Source: Squalus acanthias (taxonomy: Eukaryota). Taken from it: a stretch of 64,000 nt of DNA. The position numbers were made by a program, and so were the translations under genes. Positions 25,123 through 37,740 of the stretch are shown here, one piece after another. Positions within the stretch are counted from its first letter, which is position 1, and every line of letters begins with the position of its first letter. Under the pieces are notes generated by a model. That model did no database searches. It was not told where the DNA came from and saw only the letters and a list, made by a program, of their open reading frames with translations. The DNA lies in assembly GCA_030390025.1 (NCBI GenBank), contig CM059433.1, forward strand, positions 3,162,001-3,226,000, written 5' to 3'.

Positions 25123-26844
25123 ATGTCCACCAGCAAGCAAAAGTGTGCACCTCGCTTTGATGAGCCCTCCCTCCAAGCTCTGGTACAGGGAGCAAGATCT
25201 AATAAGGAGGTGCTCTTCCCTTCCTCAGGGAGAAAAAAGCCACCACAACAGACTAAAGCTGTGTGGCTGCAAGTGGCCCAGGAGGTCAATGCCATCTCTA
25301 TGTGCCGCAGAACCAGGCTACAGTGCAGGAAGAGGTTTCATGACCTTCTCCGCACAGGAAAAGTAGGTATGACTTACTCATCACCCTGTGAGGGCAACAC
25401 GGTGGCATAGTGGTTAGCACTGTTGCCTCACAGCGCCAGGGACCCGGGTTCGAATCCGGCCTCGGGTGACTGTCTGTGTGGAGTTTGGACATTCTCCCCG
25501 TGTCTGCGTGGGTTTCCTCCGGGTGCTCCGGTTTCCTCCCACAGTCCAAAGATGTGCGGGTTAGGTTGATTTGGCTATGATAAATTGACCCTTAGTGTTA
25601 GGGGGGATTAAATACGTGAGGTTATGGGGATAGGATGGGATATGTGTCGGTGGAGGCTCGATGGGCCGAAATGGCCTCTATCTGCACTGTGGGGATTCTG
25701 TGAATCTCATCCCCATCGCCTCTCCTCACCAGCACTCTGCTTTGCCAACCTCTTCCTCCACATCCCACTTGACACTGACATCCCTGCACCCTTACCCATT
25801 CCCTCTCTCTCTATGGTCACATTCACTTAACTATTCAACCATGCAGCCCTCACACTCCCTATCACTGTGACGCAATGACAACAACTTACAACACACAGGG
25901 AGGGTCCTTCTAAGCATCTATGCTATGGATTCTCTACACTCACTCCTTCATTCTCACTCAAACTCCACTTGTGTCCCTCATTGCAGGAAAAGAGAGCCCA
26001 CAATAAGAGGGAAAGAGCGAGGACTGGAGGAGGGCCACCCTCAGTAGCCCAGCTCACCACCTCGGAGGAGGCGGCCCTGGAAATTGCCGGGATCGAGGAG
26101 GATTCCCAAGTGGGGGATGGACACGCGGGCGCATCACAGCAAGCTGGTGACAGAATAGTTTGGCATCTCTCTCATTGACATTGCATGAGTGACTGATAAT
26201 GATTCTGATGCTCTAACAGATTGACTTATGATCATCTGCACAATTCAATGTGCATGCAACCTTTACCTCACATCTCTAACTCTTTCCTTTACTCCCCCAC
26301 AGGACCATCGAGAGCCCCCGTCCCCACTGTCCAGGAGGAACAGCCTGAGCCTCCAGACTCCTCAGAGGAAGCTACAACCTCTGAGGGCGCTCCGTCAGCA
26401 GAATTAAGCGCACCCTGCACCAGCGCAGACACACACACCTCGGTGGGACCTTTGGGACATAGAGTAGAGTTGTCACCTGGTGTATCACAGCTCACAAGTG
26501 AGCATCAGCAGACGGTGGAGACAGGGACAGCAGTGGAGAGTCCTCGTCGCAGTGGAGAGGACGCTCCCAGCTCGGCTCCGCTGCATGTCAACCCTGTGCC
26601 TCTGGGTCCATCCAGAAGGAGAGCGGTGCTGGAACTCCAGGAACAGGTGCAGGAGTCTCTGGCAGGTTTTGTCTCCAGGGTCGCTACGAGTGTGGAGCGA
26701 ATGGAGGAGTCCATCGCTAACATGAGCAGAGCCTTTGTGGAGGCGTTGGCGCATGAACGCATCACCACGGAAAGGATGGCAACCTCCTTGGAAAGGATGG
26801 CGACCTCCATGGTAAGGCTGGCTACCGTAGTCACTTGGGTGTAA
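25123..26844 (+). CDS. Harbinger Myb/SANT-like DNA-binding protein; exons 25123-25362, 25987-26146 and 26303-26844 (313 aa, C-terminus shortened by a deletion)
   Basis: GT-AG introns with matching phases (0, then 1) give an uninterrupted frame: MSTSKQKCAPRFDEPSL...RKRFHDLLRTGK|EKRAHNKRERARTGGGPP...|GPSRAPVP... Expression is not shown. Confidence 0.7.
25391..25702 (+). mobile_element. HE1-like V-SINE in intron 1 of the Myb gene
   Basis: tRNA head (TGGCATAGTGG, GGTTCGAATCC), V-domain GCGTGGGTTTCCTCCGGGTGCTCCGGTTTCCTCCCACAGTCCAAAGA, CR1-like tail; CTGTGA at both ends. Confidence 0.9.
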
Positions 26845-27077
26845 TGTTGTGTTTAATTTTGAAAAGCCATCACTTGCTTATTGTCCTAAAAAATTCTGAT
26901 GGCAAACTGTTGCAGTTGTGGCGTGTGTCATTTCGCTAATGGGACTTCCACATTGAGGGCCTAGCGCGACTTGCAATTGTCAGTATGGTGGTCAGAGTGA
27001 TAGGAATCCGCAGGTTCTTGGCCATTGTTGATGGTCTGATAAGAAGGTGCGAGGCAAAATTGTTTGATTGTGCAGGC

Positions 27078-27303
27078 TAAGCAAATCTGGCCAAGATGAA
27101 TGCGTCCCTTGCATCCCGGGCAGCAATGTGGTCGCGCGCTGGCGCCTTCTGGCCTGTACAGCTTCAGGTGGGTGAGCAGCAGCTTGGCGCTCCTGTTGTT
27201 GCTGCTGCTGTTGGTGCTGCTGTTGTTCATGGTTCTGCTGCTGCCACGGCTGGTCTTCGTCCGAATCTGATGTCCAGGAGGAAAGGAAATAAATGGTTCC
27301 CAT
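27078..27303 (-). pseudogene. Transposase remnant: N-terminus fused to the last codons
   Basis: MGTIYFLSSWTSDSDED...ARRRQR matches 33353-33508 and is joined directly to sequence matching 35510-35570. Confidence 0.85.
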
Positions 27304-28352
27304 GCTTCTGGTATATGCCTCAGTTGAGGAAGCGCTCAGTCAAGGTGGCGAGAGGGGTTTCCCAGGAGGTCACACTGGAGATGGGTGTCAGGCTCCAAAC
27401 TTCCACAACAATGGGTATACCTGCTAAAAGTTCCCCCAGACCTGAGACAACAAAGTTCTGCCACCTGCAAATGATGATTGCTGAAAACTCCTTTTTAATG
27501 GTGGAGCTGCAGCTGTTAGTAAGCAGTCCGCTTGTGAGGCTGCCAGGATTCACTGGCGTGTTCCAGAGGAGACGTGCAGGACGTGGGAAAAGTGGTAAAA
27601 TCAGAAAGGCCTCTCAAAATGGGATTATAGAGGCACTTAACTGGTTCTTAAGGGCCTTAAGGGCCTTTCCCGCTTCTTGGAGGTGGGATGGAAACGGGGT
27701 CAGAAAACACACATTTGGGAAAATTGCTCGGAGGCGGGATGGAGGCGGGATCGGGCCCGCCCACCAGTTTTTGCGATTTTACCACCTCACACGCCTCCAA
27801 TCCCGCCTCCTCGGGCCTGGCAAAATCGAGCCCTTAGTGTTCAGCGATATGTTATAAAATTCTATAACAATTTTAAGCATTGGTTACATGTGACAGCAGT
27901 TTCTTCGTTGAATGCCTGCTCATGAATGGACAGCTCTGGAGTCAATTAAGAAATGAAGCAGAATACTTACAGCTGCCACTTATTGATAACAAGTTCTGGT
28001 TTTTAGCCGTGTGGATTTATAGATTACTGTGGAGTTATCCAATGTAAATTTGCACATATATATGCACTTTTTATGAAACAGTGGATGCTTAAGTGATATG
28101 ATATGCCTTAAGGTTATAGTGTGCTATTTCCCAATTATTCAAAGTCATATCTTTAATAATATCAATAGCTTTAGTAATTTAATTTCTAAATTAATTTGTT
28201 CCATCCATGCATTTACTTTTAGAAAATTAATTGAAAGTTTTCCTTTGAATTGAATGGAAAGAGGAACCAGGAAATTCTGCGTTATTATATTTGTAGTTAC
28301 AGCCTCAAATTATATCTCATAATGATTCTTTCTACTACATTTTCTGAAGAAT

Positions 28353-29370
28353 TATTTTTTTTTCTTTTTCGGGTTATGGGCATCGCTGGCAAGGCCAGCA
28401 TTTATTGCCCATCCCTAGTTGCCCTAGAGAAGATGGGTTCATCTTCTTGAACCACTGCAGCACGTGTGGTGAAGATGTTCCCACAGTGCTGTTAGACAGG
28501 GAGTTCCAGAATTTTGACCCAGCAATGATGAAGGAACAGCAATTTCTGTCCAAGTCAGGATGGTGTATGATTTAGAGGGAAAGGAGGGGTGATGCTGCAC
28601 CTATGCACCTGCTGCCCTTGTCCTTTTTAGGTGGTGGAGGTCACAGGTTTAGGAGGTCTTGCCAAAGAAGCCTTGGCGAGTTACTGCAGTGTATTCTGTA
28701 GATGGTCCATACTGCAGCCACCGTGCACCGATGGTGGAGGGAGTGGATGTTTAAGGTGGTGGATGGGGTGCTGATCAAGTGGGCTGCTTTGTCCTAGATG
28801 GTGTTGAGCTTCTTGAGTGTTGTTGGAGCTGCACTCATCCAGGCAAGTGGAGCATATTCCATCACACTCCTGACTTGTGCCTTGTAAATGGTGGAAAGGC
28901 TTTGGGGGGTCAGGAGGTGAGACACTCGCCAAAAAATACCCAGCCTCTGACCTGCTCGATTAGCCTCAGCATTCAAGTGGCTGGTCCAGTTGAGTATTTG
29001 GTCCATGGTGACCCTCAGGATGTTAATGATAAGGGATTTGGCGATGATAATGCCATTGAATGTCAAGGGGCGCAGGTGATTAGACTCACTTTTCTTGAAG
29101 ATGATCATTGCCTGACACTTCAGTGGTGCGAGTATTACTTGCCACTTATCAGCCCAAGCCTGGATGTTGTCCAGTTATTGCTGCATGTGGACATGGACCT
29201 CTTCATTATCTGCGGAGTGGCCAATGGAGCCGAACATTATGCAATCATCAGCAAATGAAGGGAAACAACTAAAGATAATTGTGCCTAGGATACAAAAGAA
29301 CTCCTGCAATTATTTCCTGGGGCTGAGATGATTGGCCTGTAACAACCACAGCCATCCTCCAGTGTGCCAA
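28353..29370 (-). mobile_element. Family B LINE 3' fragment
   Basis: ORF 28794..29108 homologous to 13513..14082. Confidence 0.85.
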
Positions 29371-31131
29371 CAAAAGCAAATTACTGCAGATGCTGGAAAT
29401 CGGAAATAAAAACGGAAAGTGCTGGAAAGACTCAGCCAGTCAGGTCATGGTTCTCTTAATATTGCTTCAACAATCCTTTCACAGCCTCTACAGATGCCAG
29501 GTAAAAAAATCAGCTATTTTATGAAAAAATAATTAATTTCTCTTTCTTGGTGGAGAGAGAAACAAAGTTAACGTTTCAGGTCAATGAAATTTTGTCAGAA
29601 CTGGCAAAAGTTTGAGATGTAACAGGTTTTAAGAAAGTGCAGAGGCAGGGGAAGGTGGGAGGGGAGGAAAGAATGAAAGGGAAGGTCTGTGATAGGGTGG
29701 AAGGCAGAAGAGATTAAATGACAAAAGGGATGTCTGGAAAAAATGGGAACAGTGGTTATGATCAGAAATTGTTGACCTCATTTTATAGCTTTCCAGACTC
29801 AACATCGAGTTCAACAATTTCAAATCAGAACCACTGCTCCTACTTTTTCAGACAGCAGGTGCTGGTAATGGTTCAGTTGTCACCATTTACAGCAGCCATC
29901 TTTTGTTTCTTTACTTGTCCCATAAAAGATTAGCAGGGAAAATTGAAGCTCATGGGATAAAGGGGAAAGTATTGACGTGGATAGAGAACTGGCTGTCAGA
30001 TAGAAAACAGAGAGTTGGAATAAACGGCTCATTTTCTGAATGGCAGGCAGTAACAAGTGGGGTACCACAGGGATCTGTCCTGGGTCCCCAGCTGTTCACA
30101 ATTTACATTAATGACCTGGATCAGGGAGTCGGATGCAGCATTTCCAAATTTGCAGACGACACTAAACTAGGAGGGGGGGTGGGCTCAGAGGAGGAGACCA
30201 GGAAGCTCCAGAGCGATTTGGACAGACTGGGTGATTGGGCGGATAAATGGCAGATGCACTATAATGTGGACAAGTGCGAAGTTATCCACCTTGGGTGCAG
30301 GAACGGGAGGGCAAATTATTATTTAAATGGCAATAAATTGGGAGAGGGGGAAGTACAGAGAGACCTGGGTGTTCTTGTACACCAGTCACTGAAGGCGAGC
30401 ATGGAGGTGCAACAGGCGATCAAGAAGGCAAACGTTATGCTGGCCTTCATAGCAAAAGGGTTGGAATACAGGAACAGGGATACCTTGCTGCAGCTGTACA
30501 GGGCACTGGTGAGACCACACCTCGAGTACTGTGTACAGTTTTGGTCGCCTCATCTGAGGAAAGATGTTCTTGCCATGGAGGGGGTGCAGCGGCGATTCAC
30601 CAGGCTGATACCAGGAATGGCGGGATTGACCTATGAGGAGAGACTATGTAGTTTAGGGATGTACACACTGGAGTTTAGAAGATTGAGAGGGGACCTCATA
30701 GAAGTGTATAAAATTCTGACAGGTCTAGACAGACTAGATGCAGAAGGGATGTTTCCCTTGGCGGGTGAGAACAGAACTAGAGGACATAATTTAAGGATAA
30801 GGGCTAAACCATTTAGGACAGAAATGAGGGGGAATTTCTTCACTCAGAGGGTGGTGAACCTGTGGAACTCATTGCCACAGAGGGCAGTGTACGCCAGCTC
30901 ATTAAATATATTTAAGAGGGAATTAGATATATTTCTACAGGCAAAAGGGGTTAAGGGTTACGGAGAGAAGGCGGGGACGGGATACTGAATTGGAGGATCA
31001 GCCATGATCTCATTAAATGGCGGAGCAGGCTCGAAGGGCCGGATGGCCTACTCCTGCTCCTATCTTCTATGTATCTATGTATCTATGTATTACCACCCCC
31101 TTTTGCCTTGCACCATCATCCCTTTTGTCAC
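29371..31131. mobile_element. Penelope-like (second family) fragments in both orientations, interrupted by CR1
   Basis: 29371-29820 is homologous in part to 58071-58200. 29880-29921 and 31090-31131 are the opposite orientation (CCCTTTTGTCA vs TGACAAAAGGG). Confidence 0.6.
29915..31089 (+). mobile_element. Young 5'-truncated CR1 LINE with an uninterrupted RT frame
   Basis: ORF 29903..30988 ([15 protein letters not shown]) is open to the natural stop; (ATCTATGT)n tail. Confidence 0.95.
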
Positions 31132-33352
31132 TGTTGACGACTCCTTCTATCACTTTCCTGATGATTGAGAGTAGACTGATAGGGTGCTAATTGGCTGGGT
31201 TGGATTTGACCTGCTTTTTGTGAACAGGACATGCCTGGGGAATTTTCCAAATTGGAAATAATACAGAATTAGGTGGGATCACAAAAATACAAAGAGGTCT
31301 AATTTAGGTAGGGAATGCATATGTGTAAATGCACGAAGTGTGGTCAATAAGGTTGGTGAGCTGCAGGTGCAAATAACCACATGGGAATATGATGTAGTGC
31401 TGATAATGGAGACCTGGCTCAAAAAAGGGGTGACTGGATGCTTAATATTCCTGAGTACAAGGTAATCAGGAAAGATAGGGAAGGGAAAAAAGGAGGAGGG
31501 GTAGCAGTTTTCATTAAGGAAAGTATTACAGTGCTAGAAAGAGAGAATGTCCTTGAGGTGTCAAAGACAAAATCTATTTGGTTGGAGTTAAGAAACAAGA
31601 CAGGAGCTATGACGTTACTTGGTGTATTGTATAGGCCTCCAAATAGTGGGAAGGAGATAGAGGAGCAGATTTGAAGGGAAATTGCTGAGATGTGTATGAA
31701 ATATAGAGTAGTGATAATGGGAGACTTTAACTACCCCAATATTAAATGGGACAGTGATTATGTTAAGGGCAGAGAGGGGTGGAATTTCTGAAGTGTGTTC
31801 AGGAGATCTTTCTTGAGCACTATGTTTCCTGTCCAATGAGGAAGGAGGCATTGCTGGAACTAGTCCTGGGGATTGAAGTGGGTCAAGTGGAGAATGTCAC
31901 AGTGGGGGAGCATCTCAGGAATAGTAATCACAGTATCATAAGGTTTAGTTATGGAGAAGGACAAGGAGCAATCTAGAATGAAAATATTTAACTGGAGGAG
32001 GGTTAATTTCAGCGAATTGAGGAGGGATCTAGCCTAGTTAAATTGGAGTCAAAGACTGGCAGACAGAAATGTAATGGAGCAATGGGAGGCCTTTAAAGAG
32101 GAGATGGTTCGGGTGCAGTCTAGGTAGATTCCCACAAGGGGGGAAAGGGAGGGCAGCCAAAGCCAGAGCTCCCTAGATGGCGAAGGAGTTAGAGAGTAGG
32201 ATGAAGCAGAAAAAGGGGGCATATGACAGATATCAGCTTGATAATACACGGGAGAATCAGGCTGAATATAAAATGTACAGAGGAGAAGTGAAAAAGGAAA
32301 TAAGAGGGGCAAAGAGACAGTAAGGAATAGATTGGTGACTAACATAAAGGGGAATCCAAAGGTCTTCTATAGGCATATTAACAGAAAAGGGTTGTCATCA
32401 GAGCGGTGGGGCCAATTAGAGACCAAAATGGAGAACTATTGGTGGAGGCAGAAGGCATAGCTGAGGTAATAAATCAGTACTTTGCATCGGTGTTTACCAA
32501 GGAAGAGGAACTTTACCAAAGCTATGGTAAACGAGGAGGTTGCTGGGATACTGGATGAAATAAAAATAGATAAAGAAAGAGGAGGCTGGTAATACTTAAA
32601 GTGGATAAGTTGCCCAGTGCGGATGGGATGCATATTAGGTTGCTGAGGGAAGTAAGGGTAGAAATTGCGGAATCGGTGGCCACAACTTCCAATCCTCCAT
32701 AGATCCAGGAGCAGTGCCAAAGGATTGGAGGATTGCAAATGTTACACCCTTGTTCAAAAAAGGGGAGAAGGATAAACCTGGCAATTACAGGTCAGTTAGT
32801 AGGTGTGGAAGATTTTAGAAACAATGGGGGCAATTTTCCCAGCCCCGAGGAGGTGGGTTTGGAGGCGAGACAGTTGGCAAAATCGCAAAAAGTGAGGGCG
32901 AGTTCGGAACCCGCCTCCAACCCGCCTCCACGCAATTTTGCCGGAGGCGGGTTTGATGGGTGCGATTCAGTCCCGTCTCCATCAGTCGGGAGAGGTAGTT
33001 AAGACCCTTAAATAGTAGTTAAGGGCCTCTATAATCCTATTTTGACAGGCCTTTGTTATTTTGCCATATTTTGTGCGTGTTCCACGACCCTCCTAAACCA
33101 CGCCAGCTAATCCCAGCGGGTTGACAAGTGGGTGGCCTCCTCACAGCTGCAGCTCCACCATTAAAACGGAGCTTTCATCAGGGAGCAGTTGCAGGTGGCA
33201 GAACTTTTGTTCCACTGGTCTTTCAGCACTTTTAGCAGGCCCACTGAAGTCGGAGGTGCTGCAGCTTCTATCTCTCAACTGTGGGACCTCCTTGGAAGAC
33301 CCTCTCCCCACTTGAACTGAGCGCTTCCCCAACGGAGGTATCTGCCAGCAGC

Positions 33353-35570
33353 ATGGGAACCATTTATTTTCTTTCACCATGGACCTCAGATTCGAATGAG
33401 GAGCAGCCACGGCAGAAGCAGAACCAGGCAGCTCAGCAGCAACAGCAGCAGGAGCGCCAACCTCCTGCTCACCCACCTGATGCTGCACAGGGCAGAAGGC
33501 GCCAGCGCATGGAAGCACATCGCCGCAGGAGATACCCCCCTCTCAAGGTTTACAGACAGAGGATGAGCTACCTCAACATGAGTGAGCAGCAGTGCCAAAG
33601 GATGCTGAGACTTTCGCGGGAGGCTGTCGGAGACATCTGCACACTGCTGCACCCAAACCTGGAGCCCAGAGGAGCGGGTGGACACCCCTTACCAGTGGCT
33701 GTCAAAGTCACCACCACACTCAACTTTTTTGCCTCAGGCTCCTTCCAGGGATCATCAGCAGACATCAGTGGCATCTCCCAGTCAGCCGCCCACAGTTGCA
33801 TCACGCAGGTTACCGATGCCCTTTTCGCAAAGGCGCACAATTACATCCACTTCTCAAGGGATCAAGCAAGTATAACCGTGCATTCAGTTGGCTTTGCAAA
33901 TATGGCAGGCTTGCCAATGGTGCAGGGCGAAATAGACTGCACACATGTGGCCCTTAGGGCACCCCATCACAACCCAACTATCTGTCAACCGCAAGGGCTT
34001 CCACTCCCTCAACGTACAGCTGGTGTGTAACCACAAGAAGGAGATTTTGCATGTTTGCGCCAAGTTCTGTGGTAGTTGCATTGACTCTTTCATCCTGCGG
34101 AACTCTAGTGTTCCTCCGCTCCTCAATCCACCAAACCAACTTAACGGATAGAAACATAGAAGATAGGAGCAGGAGTAGGACATTCGGCCCCTCTAGCCTG
34201 CTCCGCCATTCAATGCGATCATGGCTGATCGTCCAAATTCAGAACCCTGTCCCTGCTTTCTCCCCATATCCCTTGATCCCTTTAGCCTGAAGAAATATAT
34301 CCAACTCCTTCTTGAATATATTTAATGAATTGGCCTCTACTGCCTTCTGTGGTAAAGAATTCCACAGGTTCACCACTCTCTGGGTGAAGAAATTCTTCCT
34401 CATTTCTGTCCTAAATGGCTTACCCCTTATCCTTAGACTGTGACCCCTGGTTCTGAACTTCCTGACCATCGGGAACATCCTTCCTGCATCTAGTCTGTCC
34501 AGTCCTGTCAGAATTTTATAAGTTTCAATGAGATCCCCTCTCATTCTTCTAAACTCCAGCGAGTATAAGCCCAATCGACCCAATCTCTCCTCATACGTCA
34601 TTCCTGCCATCCCAGGTATCAGCCTGGTGAATCTTCGCTGAACTCCTTCCATGGCAAGAACATCCTTCCTCAGATAAGGCGACCAAAACTGCACACAGTA
34701 CTCAAGGTGTGGTCTCACCAAGGCCCTGTACAACTGCAGCAAGACATCCTTGTTCCTGTACTCAAACCCTCTCGCTACGAAGGCCAACATACCATTTGCC
34801 TTCTTAACCGCCTGCTGCACCTGCATGCTTACCTTCAGCGACTGGTGCACAAGGACACCCAGGTCTCGTTGCACTTCCCCTTCTCCCAATCTATTGCCAT
34901 TCAGATAATAATCTGCCTTCCTGTTTTTGACACCAAAGTGGATAACCTCGTATTTATCCACGTTATATTGCATCTGCCATGCATCTGCCCAGTCACCCAA
35001 CCTGTCCAAATCATCCTGGAGTTTCTCAGCATCCTCCTCACAGCACACACGCCCACCCAGCTTTGTGTCGTCTGCAAACTTGGAGATATTACATCTAGTT
35101 CCCTTGTCTAGATCATTAATATATATTGTGAATAGCTCCTTGGATGGCTCCTTGGTGACAAGGGCTACCCCCTGAAGAAGTGGCTAATGACGCCAATCAG
35201 GAGGCCAGCTAACGAGGCTGAGGAGCGCTACAACGCCAGCCACATTTCGACCAGGTCCATCATCGAGCAAACCATTGGCTTGCTGAAGATGCGATTCCGA
35301 TGCCTTGTCAGATCAGGTGGAGCCCTGCAGTATTCAGCAGCCAGGATCTCCAGAATGGTTGTGGTCTGCTGTGCACTGCACAACATGACACAGCGTCGTG
35401 GCTTGCAGCTTCCTGATGAGCAAGTGGCTCAGTTCACAGCCTCCTCAGATGAGGAGGAGGAGGAGGAGGAGGACCGAGCGGCGGCGTATCTACCAGCAGC
35501 AGCGGCAGCACGCGAGCACATGGCTGCCCGTGATGCAAGGGATGCACTCATCCTGGCCAGATTTGCATAG
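33353..35570 (+). pseudogene. Harbinger DDE transposase (HARBI1-like), one frameshift and a CR1 insertion
   Basis: [60 protein letters not shown]. Confidence 0.9.
34148..35136 (-). mobile_element. CR1 LINE nested in the transposase
   Basis: ORF 34239..35048; splits ...QLNG / WLLGDKGY. Confidence 0.93.
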
Positions 35571-36634
35571 GTTGCCCATTGTGGCTCATGTGCTTGGCTC
35601 CTTCTTAACACATGATAGACAATGGACATGACTCTCTGGCCTCCTTTCACTCTGACCACCAACCTGACCACACAAATGTCGTGGAGCCCGCAATGTGGAG
35701 CTGCCTAAGCCGAAATAACAGTTGCCATCACGCTAACAGTTTGCCATCACTTAATTTTGATACATTCACACAGGGATGGCATTTCATCAATAAACAGAAA
35801 CAATCACCCAATCTGCACACAGATCTGAAGGTTATATCCCTTGCCAGCTGGACCCACACAGCCTTGGTTTCTTTGGGAGGCCTCTTCCTCCCAGATGAGG
35901 GGAAGAGCACCTCCCTGCTAGCTCTCGCCCCCTCAACCAGCATACCCAGCGCCTCATCCGAGAACCTCGGGGAGGCCCTTGCCTTGGAGCTGGCCATTCT
36001 TCAAGGAGATAACAGTTTGGAGGTGGTGCAGCATCGACCAAAAACCAGTGGAATGAGCCAAGGCAGCAAGCAGCTCTTAAATGAAGCTGGATAAGTGACG
36101 TCAGTAGAGGTGAGTTTCAGTCCCAAAAGACTAATTGGCCATGGGGAACCCACACCTCTGAAAGTAACTGGCCAATTAGGGGAAAATCGCGCCCGATCCA
36201 GGAAAAAATTAACAGCCAGCACGGATTTGTTAAGGGCAAAGCATGCTTGACTTACTTGATTGAGTTTTTGATGAGGTAACAGAGAGGGTTGATGAGGGCA
36301 ATGCAGTTGATGTTGTGGATATGGGCTTCAAAAAGGCGTTTGATAAAGTACCACATATTATGCTTGTTAGCAAAATTGAACCCCATGGGATAAAAGGGGC
36401 AGTAGCTAAGGGATGGAAAAAAGAGAGTTGTGGTGAATGGATGTTTTTTGGACCGGAGGAGGAATACAGTGGAGATCCCCAAGGTTCAGTACTAGGACCA
36501 CTGCTGTTTTTCATATGCATTAATGACTTGGACTTGGGTGTACATTGCACAATTTCAAAATTTGCAGATGACATGAAACTTGGAATTGTAGTAAACAGTG
36601 AGGAAAATAATAATAGACTTCAAGAGGACACAGA

Positions 36635-37740
36635 TAACAACAACAACAACAACTTGTATTTATATAGCGCCTTTAACGTAGTAAACCGTCCCAAGGCGCT
36701 GCACAGGAGTATTATCAGACAAAAAATTTTACACGAGCCACAGAAGGAGAAATTAGGGCAGGTGACCAAAAGCTTGGTCAAAGAGGTAGGTTTTAAGGAG
36801 CGTCTTAAAGGAGGAAAGAGAGGTAGAGAGGCGGAGAGGTTTAGGCAGGGAATTTCAGACTTAGGGCCCAGGCAACAGAAGGCACGGCCACCAAAGGTTG
36901 AGCGATTATAATCAGGGATGCTCAAGAGGGCAGAATTAGAGGAGCGCAGATATCTCGGGGGGAGGGGGGTTGGGGCTGGTTGTGGGGCTGAAGGAGATTA
37001 CAGAGATAGGGAGGGGCGAGGCCATGGAGAGATTTGAAAACAAGGATGAGAATTTTGAAATCGAGGTGCTGCTTAACCGGGAGCCAATGTAGGTCAGCGA
37101 GCACAGGGGAGATGGGCAAACGGGACTTGGTGCGAGTTAGGACACGGGCAGCCGAGTTTTGGAAGACCTCAAGTTTACGTAGTGTGGAATGTGGGAGGCC
37201 AGCCAGGAGAGCGTTGGGATAGTCAAGTCTAGAGGTAACAAAGGCATGGATGAGAGTTTCAGCAGCGGATGAGCTGAGGCAAGGGCGGAGACTTGCGATG
37301 TTATGGAGGTGGAAATAGACGGTCTTAGTTATGCCACGGATATGTGGTCGGAAGCTCATTTCAGGGTCAAATGTGACACCAAGGTTGCGAACAGTGTGGT
37401 TAAGCCTCAGACAGATGTTAGTGAGAGGGATGGAGTCAGTGGCTAGGGAACGGAGTTTGTGGCGGGGACCGAAAACAACGGCTTTGGTCTTCCCAATATT
37501 TGATTGGAGAAAATTTCTGCTCATCCAGAACTGGAGGTCGGACAAGCAGTCTGACAATTTAGAGACCGTGGAGGGGTCGAGAGAAGTGGTATAACTAGGT
37601 ATCGTCAGCGTACATGTGGAAACTGACGCTGTGTTTTCGGATGATGTTGCCAAGGGGCAGCATGCAGATGAGAAATAGGAGGGGGCCAAGGATAGATCCT
37701 TGAGGGTACACCAGAGGTAATGATGCGGGAGCGGGAAGAG
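36635..37740 (-). mobile_element. L2 LINE 3' part nested in CR1
   Basis: ORF 36922..37833 (LIHAFVTSRLDY, LHWLPV); (TTG)n tail. Confidence 0.92.

Larger units (their letters stand above)
24843..27833 (+). mobile_element. Complete Myb-only Harbinger element (transposase internally deleted)
   Basis: Perfect 16-bp TIR GGGCTCGATTTTGCCA; 3-bp TSD TTA (24840-24842, 27834-27836); spliced Myb gene on +; transposase remnant on -. Confidence 0.93.
32826..36194 (+). mobile_element. Transposase-only Harbinger element (Myb gene mostly deleted), inserted in CR1
   Basis: Imperfect TIR GGGGGCAATTTTCCC / GGGAAAATCGCGCCC; transposase on +; only about 56 N-terminal Myb codons remain on - (35830-35997). Confidence 0.9.

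Noticed and set aside
25391..25460. Functional tRNA gene (also 4880-4970, 24680-24755, 60501-60575)
   Set aside because: A/B boxes are present but continue into SINE bodies, and I could not fold a full cloverleaf.
27096..27857. 253-aa ORF on +
   Set aside because: It lies antisense to the transposase remnant and promoter, runs through the TIR, and has no recognisable domain.
33281..35570. Host HARBI1 gene (and NAIF1/MSANTD for the Myb ORFs)
   Set aside because: Multi-copy, TIR-bounded and disrupted, so these are transposon copies rather than domesticated genes.
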